Shown one piece after another: positions 59,707 through 64,000 of a stretch of 64,000 nt of DNA. This DNA is from Lophium mytilinum (taxonomy: Eukaryota), in assembly GCA_010093605.1 (NCBI GenBank), contig MU004185.1:1881334-1945333 (forward strand). The letters run 5' to 3'. A model generated the notes under the pieces. The model had not been told where the DNA came from. It did no database searches and saw only the letters and a program-made list of their open reading frames with translations. Position numbers and translations under genes: made by a program. Position 1 is the first letter of the stretch, and each line of letters opens with the position of its first letter.

Positions 59707-60816
59707 CGAAAGATGCTTTAGCTTTCATTTCTTTTTCGTCGGCCACAATCGTGGCCGTTCATTGCACCGCAAGGTGCTTTGGCGTTTGATTTTTCACCCC
59801 GTCGGCATACGTGCCGGCGTTTGCGCATCTTCGATGTGCAGTAAAACTTCAGCGAATTGCTTGCACTTCTACGTAGTGCTGAGGACCATTAACCTGATAC
59901 AGGCGAAGCCAAGACAAGCAAAAGACTCTCAACGAGATTCTCAGCAAAGAGACTCACTCCCGCGGGATGCTGAAGCTACACGAGCGATGCATTGGCCGGG
60001 ATTATCCCTAACACTACGTCCACTAGATACGATACTCCACGGAGTCTTTCTATGATGGCAGAGCAGGTATGTAGTAAAGTATTCACCGTCTCCTTCTGTC
60101 CCCCTTCCTTTTGCTAATACTCAAGGTCGCCAAATCATCACGGACTTCGAGAAGCCGATGCGGCACTGCCAGAGGGTAAGAGCTCATCAAATCGGTGAGA
60201 CATGGCGTCAATGCTGTTAACGATCCAGAGCACAGAGGAGTTGTCACGTATGATTGTGCATTTGGCCTAGTCTAGGATTGTCTTTGCCGGAGATGGCGGC
60301 GATCCTCAGCGGCGAGCTCCAAGGTTTAGTACCGGGCGGCTGATATGCTAATACGAAGCCCGTTCGAGACCAAAAGCTGATACAACCGACACTAGTAATC
60401 CAATGCGATGTATATGTATCTTTATGTTACACTTATCTTCTAACATATAGGCCTGAGGCTTTCCTATGGTACGATAAGCAAAATGTATACGGATAGAAAG
60501 TGAATGGTGCCGAAAAGATGGCTTCATCGCAAGGCTATGTTCTAATCTACAAGTCTCTGGATCCGTTCAGTACATCCACCTTTCTTTTGATAAGTGTAGG
60601 CTAGACGTCCCCCAAATAGCTCACTACCCTCGCAGCCGTTAGTCGCGACGTGATGTGATATATGTGAAGTAGAAAATCATTCCAACGACGGATATCGCTA
60701 GACTAGAACCTTGTTCGGAAAATGTGGGACTTTACATCTGGAGCTTCTTGCTTTGAATAGGCATAAGGACCCGCATGGGTGCTAGCAACGCAAGCCGCAG
60801 TGGACAGTGGATAGTT

Positions 60817-62402
60817 TCATCGTCTGCCTGGTAGCCCCGGCGTACCAGGGGGATCGACTGGAGGAGGTTGTGCAGCTACGGCATCAATTTGGTATATTCC
60901 TTCTCCGCATCCTACCTTGACCGAGTTGACCTTGGTCATCACCTGGTCGTTTGTATTGAAGCACCCAAGGAAACTGCCAAATATTTGGTCGCAGCGCTGT
61001 TGACATTTGTTCGTGTTCGGGTTCCATGCGATGTTGAACTTGTAGTTGATTTGGTCCGGATACTGATGCTGGCCCCAAGCGTCCTCCCATGTCATTTCGA
61101 ATTTGCGCGGCACCTTTATGTCGAGACCAGTGCAAAATGACGTAACAATTCTACGTCTGGTTAGATGCCGAGTTATTCTAAGAAGACTAGCCTTGTGAAG
61201 CCTGTATATACTAGTTTGTGTACAGATCATTGACAAGGCACTGGATTGGGAGATAACCTACCCATCGAAGAGTGTGGAGTTCATTTTGGCCGTATCGTCA
61301 TTGCTACACGTCACTTGGGGATCGAAGTTTCGCGCCTTGAAAGTGAACTTTTTGTCGCTCCAACATGGGCAGTCTTTCCACAATTCGTCGGCAAAACCGA
61401 CGCATCGCTGCAAAGCTGTTTCACCTCCGCAGTTTTTGCAGTATGGCACTCGGTCTGGGAGATGGCATTTGGCGGAGCTGGATTGTGCCGCGGGTGCGGC
61501 GTGTGCCAAAGAACTCGGGATAACGTACGGTGCTGTGCCAGTAGGTGACTCGTTTAACACAAGAATGGTATAGCAAAGCCAATATAGCACTCTCATAGCG
61601 TTGTCTAGAATCTCGGCCTTAAGGACGTTGTGAGTAACCAGGAAACCCGCAAATTGGACGAGACGATGGAGCATGTCGCGCCCGTCTTGGAAAGGCGGAT
61701 CTGGAATTCCACGTTGATCGATTTCGTCCGGTAGTCCTTGTAGTCGGCCGGCATCCAGGCCGTTGATGACTGCCTCTGCTAAAGATGGAAGGCACTCTTC
61801 AAGCCACCTAAAGGCATGTGTTAGCAGATGTACGCAAAAGGGAATGCTTCCTCGGACGGGGCTACAGCATCTGCCTGTGTACACTTGCTTGCTGCTGTTT
61901 GAAGTCCTGCTACGTTTTCAATATGGTCAAAGGAGCTTACTCTGACTTTTGAGACAGTGTCGAGAGACTTCAGACAGCAGCAGAACTAGGGCTGCACTTA
62001 AGAACACCGCAACCGAGGAGCTATGAGACCAGTACTTTACTTACCGTTTTCGACCTTTCGGACAGAATCCTAGAGATTGGAACAAAAAGTCAGACACCCT
62101 GTTGCCCACATCTTCCGAGAACGTGATGGTAATGTCTCCGGGATTGGGTCCGTCTGTGGGTACTCGTATGATCAATTTCCTGCTGCACTGTTAGATCATC
62201 TCTCTCGCGGTTTTCGTCACTACGTTGGGGCACCACACACCGTGGCAGCACGTTGTGCAAAGGTTTATGAGAAGTAGAGAAGAAGGAAGACTACTAACCC
62301 GTTACTTCGCTGCAAAATCTGCCGTGGTGTTTCTGATAATGCATGGCCGGCGGCAAACTCGAGGGTTGAGCACAGAAGTGCAAGAAACAACGAGAAGCGC
62401 AT
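60817..62402 (-). CDS. Probable multi-exon secreted Cys-rich protein; exon structure only partly resolved
   Basis: Signal-peptide-like MRFSLFLALLCSTLEFAAG at 62402; donor GTTAGT at 62298; next exon KLIIRVPTDGPNPGD...CPKGRKR|GTAAGT; Cys-rich segments CHLP..YCKNCGG...CVG...CPCW and KCQQRCDQIF..FLGC...VGCG. Confidence 0.55.
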
Positions 62403-63188
62403 ATTGCGTTGACATGGACTTGGGCTTGTCGAAGGAGCCGTTCCTTGTATTACTATCAAGAATTTAGGCCTTCGGTTCTGCAGGTCAATGGGCTGGATGT
62501 ACCACCTTGGATATACATTTTCATACTGAGTGCAACCAAATGCGAAACGAATCCTGCAGCCAGTAAATCACGGCCTTTCGGATGAAACTTTTGGCGCCCG
62601 TGGCAACGGCTTCTTGGCGGTGGCGAAGGTCGTGAGGCGCGGTTGCATATATTATATGCACGCTTGTGGCACAGAACACTCACCTTCGCACGCCTACTAG
62701 GCATGGAGGACTGTGGTCTTGAAAACGGATAGCGCTTAGGATGTCGACCGCGGATTCGATTATGTGCGTTTCAGATGGAATGCGCCGTGGTATGCTATTC
62801 TTGCACGCGCTGGAGGCGGCTATGCATACCTTGGCAGCATGCAACTTTGGCCTTTTCTTTCGGGCACCGACCTGAGAGTAGCACTGGAGTTATGGCGGGT
62901 GGCCATTGATTCGCTTGTTCTAATAGTAATCCAACAACGTTCTTCTGCGGCGTATGGCTTCGCAATATGCGGGATCTCCAGAAATATCTGCGCCCTGCAA
63001 CACTGTATCAAGAACCGGGCGTGCAGCACCTCCTGAACGGCGTTCTTCTATCCGCGCCCGAGACAGGATGTTGAGAGGAGAGATTCTGCTAAGTGATTTC
63101 ACATAAATCAAACGATAGATCCGCATGACTAGCCCAAGAAACTTGATACCCACGAAACGACTCCAAAAGCTCCAGGTACCCCGGAAAT

Positions 63189-64000
63189 ATGAAGACCAGA
63201 ATGCTAAGAGTCTGGATCTTTGTGATCCTTGCTTCCGTTTGGCTGCCCGGTGCCATCTGTGTTGGTTCCCCCGACCCTCTCACCTACTGGATCGACGCAA
63301 GCTGCGACTCAATAAATTACATCGTCAAGCCAGCTATCGAAGGGGCGCGTACCATGGCCAAGCGTGCAGCAGCCAGGCTGCCACCAGACTACAGCAACCC
63401 GTATATGCACGAGGCTTTCGTGCGTGTTTTCCATTGGCTCAAAGTGACGAGGGCGAACGAGCAAGACCCAAACTCTCAGTTAGAGCCCACTCTAGAATAT
63501 CTAAAGGTTTATCGTGAGTATATCCAGCTATAGTTCATTGGTTTCACGCTTACCTGGCACCGTCTGAGGTCCTCTGTTCTGTTCTTTCAAATTAGAAATG
63601 CGCGTTTTGACAAGCCTAATAGCTGTCGAGGATACCTCAGACGGTGTTAGACTACCTATAGGTACTGTACACTGCGCTGACGGCCTTTGGACACATAGGT
63701 GTACTAGATACGATTGGAAACTACATGACAGAGACAACAAATCGCAAGGCCTCCGAGGTTCGAATCTACTGTGACGATGATAGGGATGTTGATCAGGGCG
63801 GGCGATGGTCTCCAATACCGGTCCAGAACGAAGACCCTGAGGACATCAAAAACAGCAACTTACCTGGAAGTATACACGATAAGGGTCTTCGGGAAGACTA
63901 TCCCGAGGATGGACCGTGGCGAATGTGGGAAGATAAGACCAACTGGATAAGGAGGGAAGCAGGGACGCGAGGTTGTCAGCACAATCAACCACAGTTTTCT
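63189..64000 (+). CDS. Secreted protein, possibly zincin/M35-like metalloprotease family; truncated by the window end
   Basis: Hydrophobic signal MLRVWIFVILASVWLPGAIC; YWIDASC, ARTMAKRA, AFVRVF; a downstream exon contains VRIYCDDD...GRW; no HExxH within the window. Confidence 0.55.

Noticed and set aside
59372..60055. 227-aa Cys/Trp/Leu-rich ORF and overlapping ORFs
   Set aside because: They are translations of the 28-bp minisatellite; the same peptide blocks appear in all three frames
1..64000. Starship captain or intact DNA transposase
   Set aside because: No tyrosine-recombinase or DDE transposase ORF is recognisable in the window, so mobility of the accessory regions remains unproven

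Overview
Eukaryotic, filamentous-ascomycete DNA: GT-AG introns with CTRAY branch sites, an AT-rich RIP-like block and HET-domain genes. 1-15 kb is an accessory block with a RIP-degraded repeat, two intact HET-domain genes, one HET pseudogene, a truncated LINE, a WD40 relic and a GRF-type zinc-finger ORF. 16-18 kb holds an APH/ACAD11-like phosphotransferase with a GC-AG intron. 18.3-34.9 kb is the main candidate for an undescribed system, a compact cluster of three large genes. The first is one 6-exon gene of about 2303 aa (split over five ORFs in the track) that joins an N-terminal ComEC-like metallo-beta-lactamase-fold hydrolase to a long beta-rich body and a C-terminal DUF6603-like domain. 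The other two (about 1343 and 1105 aa) are divergently transcribed and carry motifs I recall from the uncharacterised neighbours of bacterial DUF6603 genes. I infer a possibly bacteria-derived tripartite effector/toxin-delivery or conflict system. 35-52.5 kb contains ordinary genes: a DHA2 MFS pump, a kinase-like protein, a mitochondrial citrate carrier, a TamA/Dal81-like Zn2Cys6 factor, a second MFS and an NTF2-like protein. 52.8-64 kb is accessory again: a G-rich degenerate repeat, a divergent pair of orphan coiled-coil genes, a 28-bp minisatellite flanked by GCAA hairpins, and two divergent secreted-protein genes. Family assignments come from motif recognition only; no searches were run.
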